Positions 18,341-33,335 of a stretch of 64,000 nucleotides of DNA are shown here, piece after piece (within the stretch, counting starts at the first letter, position 1; every line of letters begins with the position of its first letter). This DNA is from the human T2T-CHM13v2.0 reference genome, Homo sapiens: the NCBI RefSeq assembly GCF_009914755.1, contig NC_060942.1. One strand, 5' to 3'. The translations under genes and the position numbers were made by a program. Below the pieces are notes generated by a model. The model was not told where the DNA came from and ran no database searches. It was given only the letters and a program-made list of their open reading frames with translations.

Positions 18341-19709
18341 CATACTTACCTCACTTTAATTCATTCTCCACAATGAGGTCAGAATGAATGATGTTCCAAA
18401 CTTTACGCTCAACCTTCAGGCCTCAGCTGAAAAGCCATGTGTTTTTCCTCATCCCTTAAACAGGGTTGGGTGCCCAGGACAGCTGTCCTCCTAGTGTCCT
18501 GTCTTTCTTCATTATGGTCTTCATCACTCTTGAAACTTTTTAAGGACAAAGTTCAAACTGTTTACCAAGGTATAATCTGTAGTCTTTGCGACTGCTCATG
18601 GGCCCAGCTCATGTCCTGCCACTTCCTCGTGAGCACAATCTGTCCCCACCACAGCAACTTACCAGCAATTCCCCAAATGCATGGCATGCTCTCAGCTCTC
18701 TAGGCCTTTGCTCATGCAGGAGCTAGCATTTCTTGAGATCTCTTATACGTCAAATGTGGTACCAGGAACGTTTAATATATTATCTCATTTAGTCCTCAAA
18801 ACAACCTATCTCAGTCAGAAGTTTTGTTTTTATGTCAAGGGACAGAAACCGGTTTATGCATAAAGGAGACCTACTGATTAATAGCAGCAGAGTCCAGGGG
18901 TAAAATCCGTGTCAGGCTTGGCCTCACTGCGGAAAGAGCAAGAATCTTGGGGCCTGGTTTTCCTTTTCCCGCTTCTGAGCTCTGGTTTCTTTATATTGGC
19001 TCCAAACTTCCTATGCCCAGTGTAATTTTAGGTTCAAGATTATCCAGAAGAGAGAGCTCAAAAAATGAGAATTCAAACAAAAATCTAAAAATTGAGTCTG
19101 GCTGGCCCTCCTCATGTGTCCATTCCTGAACCAATAGATGCAAGGCGCCAATTGCCCTGTGTCCAAGACACACACCTCCCCTCAAAGCTGAGAGTGAACT
19201 CCGAGGTTCACCCACAGATAAGACATGGTTTCCCCAAAGCAAAATTAGCCTACAGTATAACCAAAAAGGGAGGGGAAATAATAACAAAATTAACAAACAC
19301 CTATTAACTAAAACCATGATCACAAATAATGCCCTCCCTTCCCCAACACTGCCCTCCCCTTTTTTTTTTTTTTTTTTTTTACAGTTTTGGCAACTAAAGT
19401 GCATAAAGATTAAGCCACTTGCCTAGAATGACAGAGGCCAGTTCTCTTTTGTGTGGCCACTGCTTTTTAATGCCTCTCTGTTCCCTTTACTTAGAATGGT
19501 CTTATCCTGTCTCCTCACCTGTCAAACTCCTAAAGGTGCTTTGAAACTCAGCTCAAGTGTGATTTTTGAAAGCCTTCATATACACATCTTCTCTACTATC
19601 CCAGCTGATAAACTCACACTTCACTGAGCACCCCCTTACTCCCATAACTTCCCGTATATTCCTCCATAAGCCTTGACTTTTGTTTGTCTCTGCAGAAAAC
19701 TATGACTTA

Positions 19710-19978
<269 letters not shown>

Positions 19979-19992
<14 letters not shown>

Positions 19993-20161
19993 AGAAAGCA
20001 AGAAAGAAAGAAAGAAAGGAAGAAAAGGAAGGAAGGAAGGAAGGAAGGAAGGAAGGAAGGAAGGAAGGAAGGAAGGAAGGGAAACTGTGATTTATTCATC
20101 TGTAGACCCCCTGTGAGACTCGAAAGGAAGGAAGGAAGGAAGGAAGGAAGGAAGGAAGGAA

Positions 20162-20218
<57 letters not shown>

Positions 20219-20316
20219 CTGTGACTTATTCATCTGTAGACCCCCAGTGAGACTCTGTCAGAAATAAGAAAGAAAGAAAGAAAGAGAAAGAAAGAGAGAG
20301 AGGGAGAGAGAGAGAG

Positions 20317-20355
<39 letters not shown>

Positions 20356-20434
20356 GAGGGGAAAAAAAAGAAAGCAAGGAAGAAAGAGAAAGAAAGAAAG
20401 AAAGAAAACTGTGACTTATTCATCTGTAGACCCC
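19979..20434. repeat. Triplicated Alu-end + (GGAA/GAAA)n + flank unit
   Basis: CTGTGA(T/C)TTATTCATCTGTAGACCCC occurs three times, separated by purine microsatellites each led by GTGAGACTC. Confidence 0.9.
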
Positions 20435-21328
20435 TGGTGCCCAGTACAGTGGTTAATAAGTTTATGAATAAAATTGAACTAACGTGGTGCTTTAATTTCA
20501 CAAAATAAAAGGTAGCTCATTGGCTACATTATCCGCATGAGGAAAACTGAGGCTCTGAGAAGTTATGTGTAACTCTCATGTTACAGGCTCTTGGGTGCTG
20601 GGTCACCAGGGGTTGGTGCTGGGCTGGATAACTGAGCTAAAAGAGGGTCAGAGGGAAGTAAGTCTGAATTGCAGTGAAGTGAGTGTGAATCTATATTCTA
20701 AACAATGTTGGGAGTTAAGAGAGGGACAAGACAGAAAAATACAATGCTTGGCAGCAAGTGGGCGTTCACTAAGCAAGGAAGGTTCTGGATAATAGCCATG
20801 AAACAATAGAACTGTTCACGCGTCCAAGATTTATATTTACTGGCAACTGGGTGGGATTATTCAGGAAATGTTGAAGCCGGGGCTCAAGCGGAGGTTCTCT
20901 CCTTCAAAGTCAAATGCTGTTTACATCGTTTTTTAAGGTATAAAGCTCTTGGCTTACCTTAATCCACTTTTATGGGTTATAGGTGTCATTCTCATCTAAA
21001 AATTTAATCGATAACTTTCCTATGTGACTCAAGGTTCAGAATCAATGTAGAAATAGAATATTTAATAAAATATTCATTTCCATCTTTATGTTAGCAGCAA
21101 AATGGCAAGCGAGGCAGAAAGAGAATTAGGGGGCACGTCGCTTCAAATACCATGGCAAACAGGGTGCACCCTGCCTTCTCCGGACTCCAACAGGGCTAGC
21201 CCCTGCTGCCCAGTCTTGCCGGGTACAGAGGATCCCAGTACCAGGAAGAGCAGCCTAATACCCGGCTGCTCAGATTAGACTTACTGTTCTGACCAAAGGC
21301 ACTGATAACAGTGGGCAAGAAAACTGCC

Positions 21329-21378
21329 TTCCAGGAAGGGCGAGGTATTCAGAGAAAACGATCCTTTGTTTCCCGGAA
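21329..21378. promoter_or_regulatory. Cluster of three GAS (TTCnnnGAA) STAT motifs
   Basis: TTCCAGGAA 21329, TTCAGAGAA 21348, TTCCCGGAA 21370; function not shown. Confidence 0.4.
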
Positions 21379-22356
21379 GAAGGTAAAAATGATTCACAAG
21401 AGGGGGAAACATGAATAGACATGACACAATGACAATATTTTGGCCTACTAATAATGTGATTTGGAGGACTTTTTTATGATTCCTGTTTTGAGAGAACTAT
21501 TTTAAAGTCTTTCACCCATCAGGCAGACCTAGTACTGTTAGCTAGACCGATTAATTTTACATCTGTTCTAACATAAATAGCCAACAGGCATATTATTTTC
21601 AGATTCCTAAAGGTTAGTGAATAACAGTGGAATTAATTCTTGGTACATATGATAACAAACATGCTCTCCCCCTATTTATGTCCCATTTTTTTTTTAATAG
21701 ATGACACTTAGCAGAGCTTCCATTTACAGTCGTCCCTGGTTTCCTACCAAGGTAACATGATCCTTTGGAAATTTGGAACTACAAGGTTTTGGAATCTGTA
21801 TTACAAGGATGCTACAAAATTATGAAATTCACCAAAACTGTCATCCTGGATTTGGTTTGGATATGCTCCTAGTAACAGTTAACATTCGGTCTTCCTCATG
21901 GATTTACCCTGAGACTAGATTCTCTATCCAAGTCTAACCCAACTGGGGAAAGAGGACATATATATTTTAAAATATCACATTTCATTACTTTAGCACTGAA
22001 TTGAACACTATTCAAATAGAAAGAATAGAAGAATACCTCTGGAAGCCTAGGCCTTCAGAGAATATCAAGATGAATTAATTATTGTCGTTGCCCCCAAGAA
22101 GTATATAATCTAGCAGGAGGCTAAGACAGTAGGCTGTGATCACTTATATTAGAGAGCTTCATTCAAAATACAATGTGGATTCAAAAGAAAAAGATGGGTT
22201 GAGAGATAGAGGTTGTTGCAATTGAGAAGAGCCTTGAAGGATTTTAATAGTAATCTATGGGGGTCGGGAGGAGAAGAATAGAAAGTTGAGGATGTCCCAG
22301 AGGGCAGGAATGCATGGGACACTCTTACTGTTGATTTAGAAGAACTTCATGACTCA

Positions 22357-22650
<294 letters not shown>

Positions 22651-24129
22651 GAACTGCATGACTTATCTTTCTCTGCAGAAACAAATTGAGTATTAAAACT
22701 GCTCCATAGATTTGTTTACATTTTGTTTTAATCATCACTGCTGTTGATCACAAATCAGTAAGCAAATCCTTAAATCTGTGAACATATCAATAGAATCTGA
22801 ATAAATCGAGCTAGTTTAATGGCTAATATGAATACACTGGATTTTCTTTTAATGATTCAATTTGTTATCTGCCAATTGACCCCAAAGTTCTGGTCCAGGT
22901 ATAGACAACATGTAGACAAGGAGAGCTCAAAGTTGGAACTCACCCCTTGGTTCATGCACACATGGTATTACGTAGAGCCACTGCCTCCACTTTCGCAACA
23001 GGTTTTTCAGAAACCACTACCCTGAGAAATAGTAGTAGTAACTATTTATTAGTGAAGTTTCATCATACATTGTGCATCTTTCCTTTCCCTTTTCTTCAGC
23101 AATATTGCAGAGGAAGAGTAAGCTTAACATAATATACATGATCATAACCCAGCAGAATGAACTGTAACCAAGGAGAACGGCTTCATCTAGTACAAGAGAT
23201 GCAAGGGCTCTTTACTTGGACTCAGATGTCCTCAAATGACCACCTTCTCTATCTCTTTAGGTTGCCCTACCTGGAAAATAGGGCTAATTCAACTAACCTA
23301 GATAACTCAGACATGATGGGAAAATTAGCTATTTAGGGTTCATTGAGTGCATTCAATATGAAAAGCACGACGTATGTCACAAACACAGGGCTGTGACTTC
23401 AGGGGAGACAAGAAACAGCAGGCACAAATGAACTTTTAAAAAACAAAGGCCCTATTCTCATGTAAATACTCCACAATAAAGGCTATGGAAAGAAAGCAGC
23501 AGGAAATATAAAATATAAACAGAATATTTTCCATGAGGAGTCAGCAGATTTTATCAAGTTAATAAATTATTACAATACAGCATATAAAATCAAACTCATG
23601 CAGAATCAGACCAGAGAATATAATGTGTGGCTGCTGGGATTATCTGGTGGGAAGGATCTCATTGATTTTTATAGAGCACTGGATCTGGGAGATTTTAAAA
23701 TTAGGCAAGGATGATGACCCAGTTTGGGTGGGAAAAGCTTAGAGAATCCATTCAAGGAAGAATATAGCCCAAGAAGTCTCTGGAGGTAGAGTTATTTTTA
23801 ACCTTTCAGACCTACATGACATAAGGAGAATTCTGAAAACTGAATGCAAAGAGGAAACATTTTATGAACTTCAGTATCCATTTCTCATCGTCATCACCCT
23901 GGCACAGAATTTTAAAAGAGTGGCAAAGTTTATTTACACTTAAATAGAGATTTGAGGAAAATAAAATCAAACTTGCTTTCTTGTTTTTACCAGCATATGT
24001 GAGAACAAAGTTGGATGAATTTTCTTTTGGGCTCTGATGAGACCAAGAAATCCTTATACAAAATAAAAACCATAGCATTAAATACAAAACATATTAGAAG
24101 TGGGTATGTCAAATTTAAAAATCAGTGGT

Positions 24130-24428
<299 letters not shown>

Positions 24429-24473
24429 TCAGTGGAAAATTTGTAGGAACACTGAGAACTACAAAAAAAATTG

Positions 24474-24830
24474 TGTATTAGTTAGCTATTGCCAAAAACA
24501 ATGCTGCATAACAAGCAAAACACTGGTTTTGTGCCACCAAAACCAGTGGCACACAAGAAGCACTTGTTTTCATGGTTCTATGAATCAGACAGGTGATTTT
24601 GCTTCACAAAGACTGTGTCTGCTCTATGTGTCTTTCATCCTCCTTGGACTAGTGGGCTAGCCAGGCATGCTCACATCATGGGTCTAGGCTCAAAACTAGA
24701 ATTTTCACCCAATTCTGTTAGCCAAAGAAAGGACTATGGACAAGCCCAAAGTCATGAGCATGGAAGTATACTCCATCCATGTCGTGAGGATCCAACAAGG
24801 GTAAAGAACTGAGAATTCAATCAACCACAT
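24474..24830 (-). mobile_element. Old MaLR LTR (MLT1I/J-like)
   Basis: TGTATTAGTTAGCTATTGC...AATGCTGCATAACAA terminus typical of reversed MLT1. Confidence 0.55.
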
Positions 24831-25051
24831 TTTGTTTCAAAGTTACATATCAGTACAGCTCTGAAAAAATGGTCCAGTCAGAGATCGAAATGGACCTGAA
24901 TACAGAGACACACACTTTTAACAAACTATTCGTTGTAATGATGATGTTTCCAATTTCCTTTTCATCTAAGTGTGTATTTTCCCTTGTGCATATAATAATT
25001 CTAATGGCTGACACTAACTTATTTTGTTATAACTGCTTAAAAAATCTACAG

Positions 25052-25477
<426 letters not shown>

Positions 25478-25829
25478 TTATTTCTGCAAATTACAAGTAC
25501 ATTCTTAAGAAGGGTTCTACCATGTTACTGCTTCCATCCTTAGAGACTAATTCCACTACATGAATTTTGGGAGCATTTCAAACTAAATGAAGAGTGGAGG
25601 CAGCAGCCCCTAGATTTATATTCCATCTTCATTAACCCAATGAAACTCACAACAGGCTCTCAGAAGAGTTAAAGGCTCTCAGAAGAGGTAACTCTCAAAA
25701 GAGTTAAAGACACACTTTTAAGCTCAATTACCCAGAGAATCTTTTCCATCTGCAATATCAACTGTCCCCATGCAAGTATTCCTCTTTATCACCAGAAATA
25801 TTAAAAATGGCTTCTTAAGATATAACTTT

Positions 25830-26810
<981 letters not shown>

Positions 26811-26877
26811 TCCTTTCAACTGTTTTCACTTCCTCTGTCCTTCATACCATCTAAACACAATAAAACCGTGCCAAAAT

Positions 26878-27032
26878 GGGTGCCTGTAGTCCCAGCTACT
26901 CCAGAGGCTGAGGCGGGAAAATGGTGTGAACCCAGCAGGCAGAGCTTGCAGTGAGCCAAGATCACGCCACTGCATTCCAGCCTGGGAGACAGAGCGAGAC
27001 TCCATCTCAAAAAAAAAAAAAAAAAAAAAAAA
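26878..27032 (+). mobile_element. 5'-truncated AluY right arm
   Basis: AATGGTGTGAACCC...GAGCTTGCAGTGAG; long poly(A); TSD-like TGCCAAAAT. Confidence 0.9.
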
Positions 27033-27889
27033 GTTCTGCCAAAATCCCACATATGCAGAAACCAAAATATTTGGGTAAAATGTGTCATTGTAAAGTAAAC
27101 AAAATGTTGGGGAGCCTACAACAGCTATCCACTGGTAGTTCTGGGTCAGGTGCCAGATCAAATGTAGTTTAGCTGTGGTTTGGTTTGTCTACTAGTGGTT
27201 GTGTCTATTCTGGTTTAAATATCAATAGAGACAATTCTGGGCTCTGTGCCTGGCTGGGACGTCAAAGAAAGTACCAACAATTCCAGTTATATCCTTATAT
27301 CCTGGTTAATCAGTATCCATTTCATAGCCATGAAACAGATGCTAAGTCTAGAAGACTTAGTATCTAGAAAACCAGTATCTAGAAGTCTTCTAAGTCTAGA
27401 AGGCTACTGGGATGTGGCAACACACCCTTTGCCTTCCCACTTCCAAAGAGGGGGGTTACCTGCCCCTTCCCAGGCCAGGCTCCACCCCAAACCATTCTCA
27501 CCCCTCTACCCCCAGTATAAGAAACTCAGCCTGCCCCTGTTTAAGAATGGAGGCTGAATGAGGACAACAGCCAATACCAATCCCTCTATCTAACTTCACT
27601 TATTGTGGGTGTCTTGTTACAGGGTTTACCATATTTCTAAACCACAGATCCCTAACCAGACTGCTTTCATGCACTTTTTTCATTCCCTTCCATATTCCCC
27701 CAGTGAGAATTTTTTTTCCACTGTCCCTTCAAGAGCCAATTCAAATGTTGCCTCCTTTATGTGAAGCCATAGAAATTCTCCTCCTTGACTCTGATAAAAT
27801 GCTTCACTGTCCTCTGATCTTCCCCACTACTTTGTGCTTCTGTCAACATTTTCTTGATCATTTTCTGAAGTCTAGACAATCAACAGAAA

Positions 27890-28262
27890 TAATAAATGAA
27901 GCTCCAATTTGTAGCATTTCCCAATTTCCATGGTGTAAATATTCCCACTGTGGCAGTTTTCAAGTGACCAACGTAACATCACTAAATGCAAAGCTGGAAA
28001 TGATGTGTGGTAGTATACCATTAAATATTCTTTCTATCATACAGATGCAATAGACATACATAATCTCAACAGCATTGATAATACAGAAATGTAGCAAACT
28101 AGAAAATAATGAGTTTTAAGTATTTATTACTTTTGTCTTTAATATACTTTATTTCATTGTAAATTTACACAATTTTAATAATGTCTGGGTTTAGCAACTG
28201 GCTTATAAAATTCTTGAAATTTTAACGATTGGCTCTCATGAGATGGTGCAACACACACTATT
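27890..28262 (-). mobile_element. MER63-family hAT (Blackjack) element
   Basis: AAAATTCTTGAAATTTTAACGATTGGCTCTCATGAG and ATTTCCATGGTGTAAATA resemble MER63. Confidence 0.6.
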
Positions 28263-28375
28263 GGTTTAAGGTGAAGTGGAGAGGTGTAGGCTGGGACATT
28301 AAGCGTACAGGTAGCAGTCTAACCAGGGATATAGATGAAATTCCTCCTGGGAGAATATATTTAGTAAGAAGGTAA

Positions 28376-28820
<445 letters not shown>

Positions 28821-29959
28821 TGATTGAGAAAGAGGGAGTGGTCAGAGGGTAAAAGAAAACCAAGAGATGATGACCAGGAATGGAAATTATGCAGTCATTT
28901 ATGGGATCACTTGTTATTCATTCAACGTTTTCTGAGAATTCACTTTTAATGAGTGTTCTGGAATGCTTGGAAATCAAAAAGTGGGACCTTTCAATCTTAC
29001 TGTAGGCTGAGACCCAAAACACACTCCACATGAGGTGCCAGCCCACCTAGACAGGGTTTGCCAAGACTTTCCTCCTAACCCCCATCTGAAGGGCATAAAA
29101 AGAGTAAAATTAAAGTCATATCAAAATGGGAATTTCTCTGAAGAGTTTTCAGGGGCTGTGTATGATAACTCCATGTGCATTTCACTTACTTCAAGTCCAG
29201 GATGCCATTCAGAACCACCTTGGAATCATCTGAAGTTTCTGGGGCTTGGGAGACACAGTAGACTGATGTCTGACTCATGCCAGAAAAAAAAAAAAAGTGT
29301 ACAGATGAGAGACAGGCTGAAGTGGCACAGAGTACACTCCATAGACACAGAGTCCAGGGCTACATTTGAGGACTTACTGTACTACCTCTAATAGGAACCT
29401 CAGCCTGGAAATTTTGTAAGGTATCATGCTTAAGAGAGTTTTGCCAGAGGGCTAGGTGACCTCTGCATAAATGTTGGGGGTATCATCATATGTCTGGATG
29501 TGGAGATCAAGGGCAGAAAATAGCCAGCAGTAAAATTCTCAGGACCAGAATTGGACACAGCCGCACATTTACCACATTGAATTTTCTTTCCTTAGTTTCT
29601 GTGACACAATTTCTCCTGGTTTTCTATCTCTTGATTTCTCACATTGTCTGACTAGTTCTTCTTTATCTACCCACTCCCTCCAAGTGTTTACATCTTCAAG
29701 GTTTCAGTCCTCCTTATATTTCAGGAACTCCCCTGGTGATATCATCCTCTCCCATGGCGTCAAATGTTACCCCTGTGTTTTATGAGATCCTATAGCTCCA
29801 GCCCATCCTATCTCTTTGATTCTGTACTTAGATTCCCAATTGACTATAAGCAATTCTAAATTAGCTGTCTCATGGGGTCATCAAACTTGAACCCTACACC
29901 TTCCCTCTAAAATATTTGCAAATGGCCGGAAGTTTATTAAAAACTTTTACCAAAAAATC

Positions 29960-30515
29960 CAAAATTCTACTCCTAGATATTTACTCCTATTCACTCCTAG
30001 AAATGAAAACGTATGGACACACAAAAGAATTTGTAAACAAATGTTCATAGCAGCATTATTCATAATAGCCTAAAACTGGAAACAATACAAATGTTTATCA
30101 GCTGATAAATGGAGAAGAAAAATGGGGTATGTCCATACAATGAAATATTACTCAGCACTAAAAAGGGGAAAACCATTACACACGACATAGATCAATCTCA
30201 AAATCATCATGCCAAGTGAAAAATTCAGAAACAAATGTTTACATACTGTATGACTTCAGTTAAATGAAATTTCTAGAAAAGGCAAAACTATATAGCAACA
30301 AAAAACAGATTTGTGGTTGCTGGAGCCAGGGATGGGGACAGGTTTTGCATACAAATGGGCATGAGGAAATGTCTTGGACTGGTGGAAGTGTTCTAAGATT
30401 GGATTGGTGATGACAGCTACCCAATTCTATGAATTTAGTAAAATTCATTGAGCAGTACACTTAAAATGTGTGAATTTTATGATATGTAAAGTATACACCA
30501 ATAAAGTTGTTTAAA
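29960..30515 (+). mobile_element. L1M (L1ME/MC-type) 3' end
   Basis: AATGTTCATAGCAGCATTATTCATAATAGCC.AAAACTGGAAACAA...CAATAAAGTTGTTTAAAA. Confidence 0.8.
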
Positions 30516-30858
30516 AGGAAGTTTTAGAGTAGTATGTAACGCACATAGCAGCACTAAATCATTTAAAAAATAAACACAATGTAATATTTACATCTGTGTG
30601 AGCCCAGAAACAACTCTGGAAGGATACACACCATTCCATTACTGCTGATTAGCTCAGGGGTAAAAGGTGAAATGAATTATATTCTTTACACATATTTAAA
30701 TATATTTAACAGTATAAATAACAGATATACTCTGCTTTGAAATTTATTTTTTAAAATAACAGAGGAAACTAAAGATTTAAACAAAACAGAAGGGCAGCAA
30801 GAGACTCAGGTCTAGCAAGTAGCAGTGGACACTTATATATAGTAGAAAGAGTAATATG

Positions 30859-30975
30859 GGCCAGGCATTGTGGCTCACAACTGTAATCCCAGCACTTAGG
30901 GAGGCTGAGGCAGGAGGATTGCTTGAGGCCGGAAGTTCAAGACCAGCCTGGGCAACATAGCAAGATCCTATCTCG
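30859..30975 (+). mobile_element. FLAM_C Alu monomer
   Basis: GGAGGATTGCTTGAGGCC...CCTGGGCAACATAGCAAGA; TSD AAAGAGTAATA. Confidence 0.85.
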
Positions 30976-31282
30976 ACTTTTTAAAAGAGTAATAGAATCA
31001 ATTGAAAAGGTGGACTGAATTGAAAATAACTCACTTGACCACTCCCTTGAAAGTCAGAGAGAAATCCAAATGAACATGAGTAGAAGTAAAAAAGAAAAGA
31101 AGAAAAGTGCTATTCTCACTACTGCAAGAAAAGCAGAAGAAAGGAATATTTCTGTGTTAAGTAGCAAAGCTTTCTCGAGTACTTGAAAAACCAAAAGCTG
31201 ATAGAATTATGTGGCCAACCAAAAATAAATATATACAGTCAAAATAAGAATAATAGGAAGGGGGATTTGCCCTGCTAGATAT

Positions 31283-31720
31283 GCATTCATTCATGTTTTC
31301 AGTAAACATTTATTGAATACTCATATATACCAGGCTCTGTTCTGGGCACAGACACTGTAACTGAATACAAAGGAAAACAAAATCTCAGTTCTTGTGAAGC
31401 ATATACTCTAGTAGAGAGGAATAAGCAATAAATGAAACTCAAGATGTGTGTGTGTGTGTGTGTGTATTACAAGTTTATAATATAGTATGTGAGTTGATGA
31501 TAATAAATTGGAAAAAAATTAAAGAGGAATATGGAGTACCCAGGGGGAAGAGGTTTCTATTTTAAATGGGTGGTCAGGGAAAACCATACAATTGAGGTGA
31601 CACTGTGCGAGACTGGAAGAGAGGAGAGTGGAGTGAGCCATGTGGATACCTATGGAAAAAGCAAAGGCCCTGAGACAGAAGTGTGATTGGCAAGTTCAAG
31701 AACAAACAAGGAGACATGTG
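31283..31720 (-). mobile_element. L2a LINE 3' fragment with (TG)n
   Basis: CATTCATTCA...AAACATTTATTGAATAC...GGTGGTCAGGGAAA...GCAAAGGCCCTGAG. Confidence 0.75.
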
Positions 31721-32543
31721 TGACCTCCTTACATTAAAACATACTTTAAACCTAAAACATTTAAAGGGGTGGGCTTTAGGGCAAGGATAAAACAACAAAA
31801 CAAGATAAATAGCCCAGAGAAAGACTTTAATATATGATAAAAGAAGCAACAATAAAACCAGAATGATGTCACGTAAAGGGGGCAAAGGGGAAGAAAAGGG
31901 AGAAAACAACTTTAAAATGTTAATGATGTTTATCAATAGATAGTGGAATTATAGACAACTTTAGTTTTCTTCTTCATGTTTTCTGTATTTTTGAATTTTT
32001 CTAAAATTAGCATGTATTACTTTAAAAATGTTTTTAAGAGCAATGAATTAGTCTAAATGTATTGGTTAATATATTTAAGGAAAAATTTTATTTAAAAATT
32101 ACAGATTAAAGTTATATGTTTTAAAAATCTAAACATTATAAAACAAAGAAAACATAGGTAAAAGTTAAAGGGCTTTTCAAGCTTTCAAGCAATAAAATAG
32201 ACATATTTGCCTGTATTAGATAATCAATGTTATATACATATAAAATACCAAAATGAAAAAACTACTTTTTAAGTATAAATTACTGCTTAATTAACTTATC
32301 CAAATAACTATATTACAAAAGCATGACTTATTATCTATTGAGCGTATCCAAATACATAAGGAACCATTTAAAACCAGTAAGCAACAGATAAATAGGCAGA
32401 CATGAACAAATAAGGAAATACAAATGGCTAACACATAGAAAATATTCAATTCAACTCATACTAATAACCAAAGAAATAAATATTAGAATAAACTACCATT
32501 TTTATCTGTGAGATTAACGAAGACTTACTTTTAAAAAATGCTA

Positions 32544-32832
32544 AGCCAGGCCCAATGGCTCACACCTGGAATCCCAATATTTTGGGGGGCAAAGTCCAGA
32601 GGATCACTTACGGCCAGGATCTCAAGATCAGCCTAGGCAACATAGGGAGACCCCCAACTCTACACACATTTTTAAAAATTAGCCAGGTGTGGTGGTGCAC
32701 TCCTGTAGTCCTAGCTATTCCGGAGGCTGAGGCAGGAGGATCGTTTGCCCCCAGGAGTTGAAGGCTGCATGAACTATGATCATGCCACTGCACTGCAGCC
32801 TAGTGACAGAGCAAGGCCTGTCTCCAAAAAAA
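32544..32832 (+). mobile_element. Alu SINE (AluJ)
   Basis: GGAGGATCGTTTG.CCCCAGGAGTT.AAGGCTGCA J diagnostics. Confidence 0.9.
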
Positions 32833-33039
32833 TGTTACTAGTTAAAAATTAAAAAATAAAAATGCTAAAAATTGACAAAGGAGGATTAATATATACTCAG
32901 TCTATTCTAGGAGTATAAATTAGTATAATCTCATTGGAAAGAAATATGGCAGTATTTATCCAGAGTGTCAGAAAATGTTTATATACTTTGAGAAGATAAT
33001 CCCATTTTAGGAATCTATCCTAAAGAAATAACCCCAAAT

Positions 33040-33335
33040 AACAGTAATTTACTTATTTAGCACTTACCACATGCCAGGAACTACTATATCTAATGTATTA
33101 ACATGCAATAACATTGAGAAATTTGAGTAATATATTAACTCATTTAATCCTTACAACCCTGAGGTAGTTAAGTATACTATTCTCTCTAGTTAGAGATACA
33201 GCAACTGCAGCACAGTTTCAATTGTTGCCCAAGGTTTCAAAACTAGTTAGTGATGAAACTAAAAAGGCAAGACTCAAACCCAGGCAGTCTGACTCCAGGT
33301 TCTATGTGCTTAATCACTCTGCTGCACTGCCTCTC
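33040..33335 (-). mobile_element. MIR SINE
   Basis: AACTCATTTAATCCTTACAACCCTGAGGTAG...TTGCCCAAGGT...CAAACCCAGGCAGTCTGACTCCAG. Confidence 0.8.
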
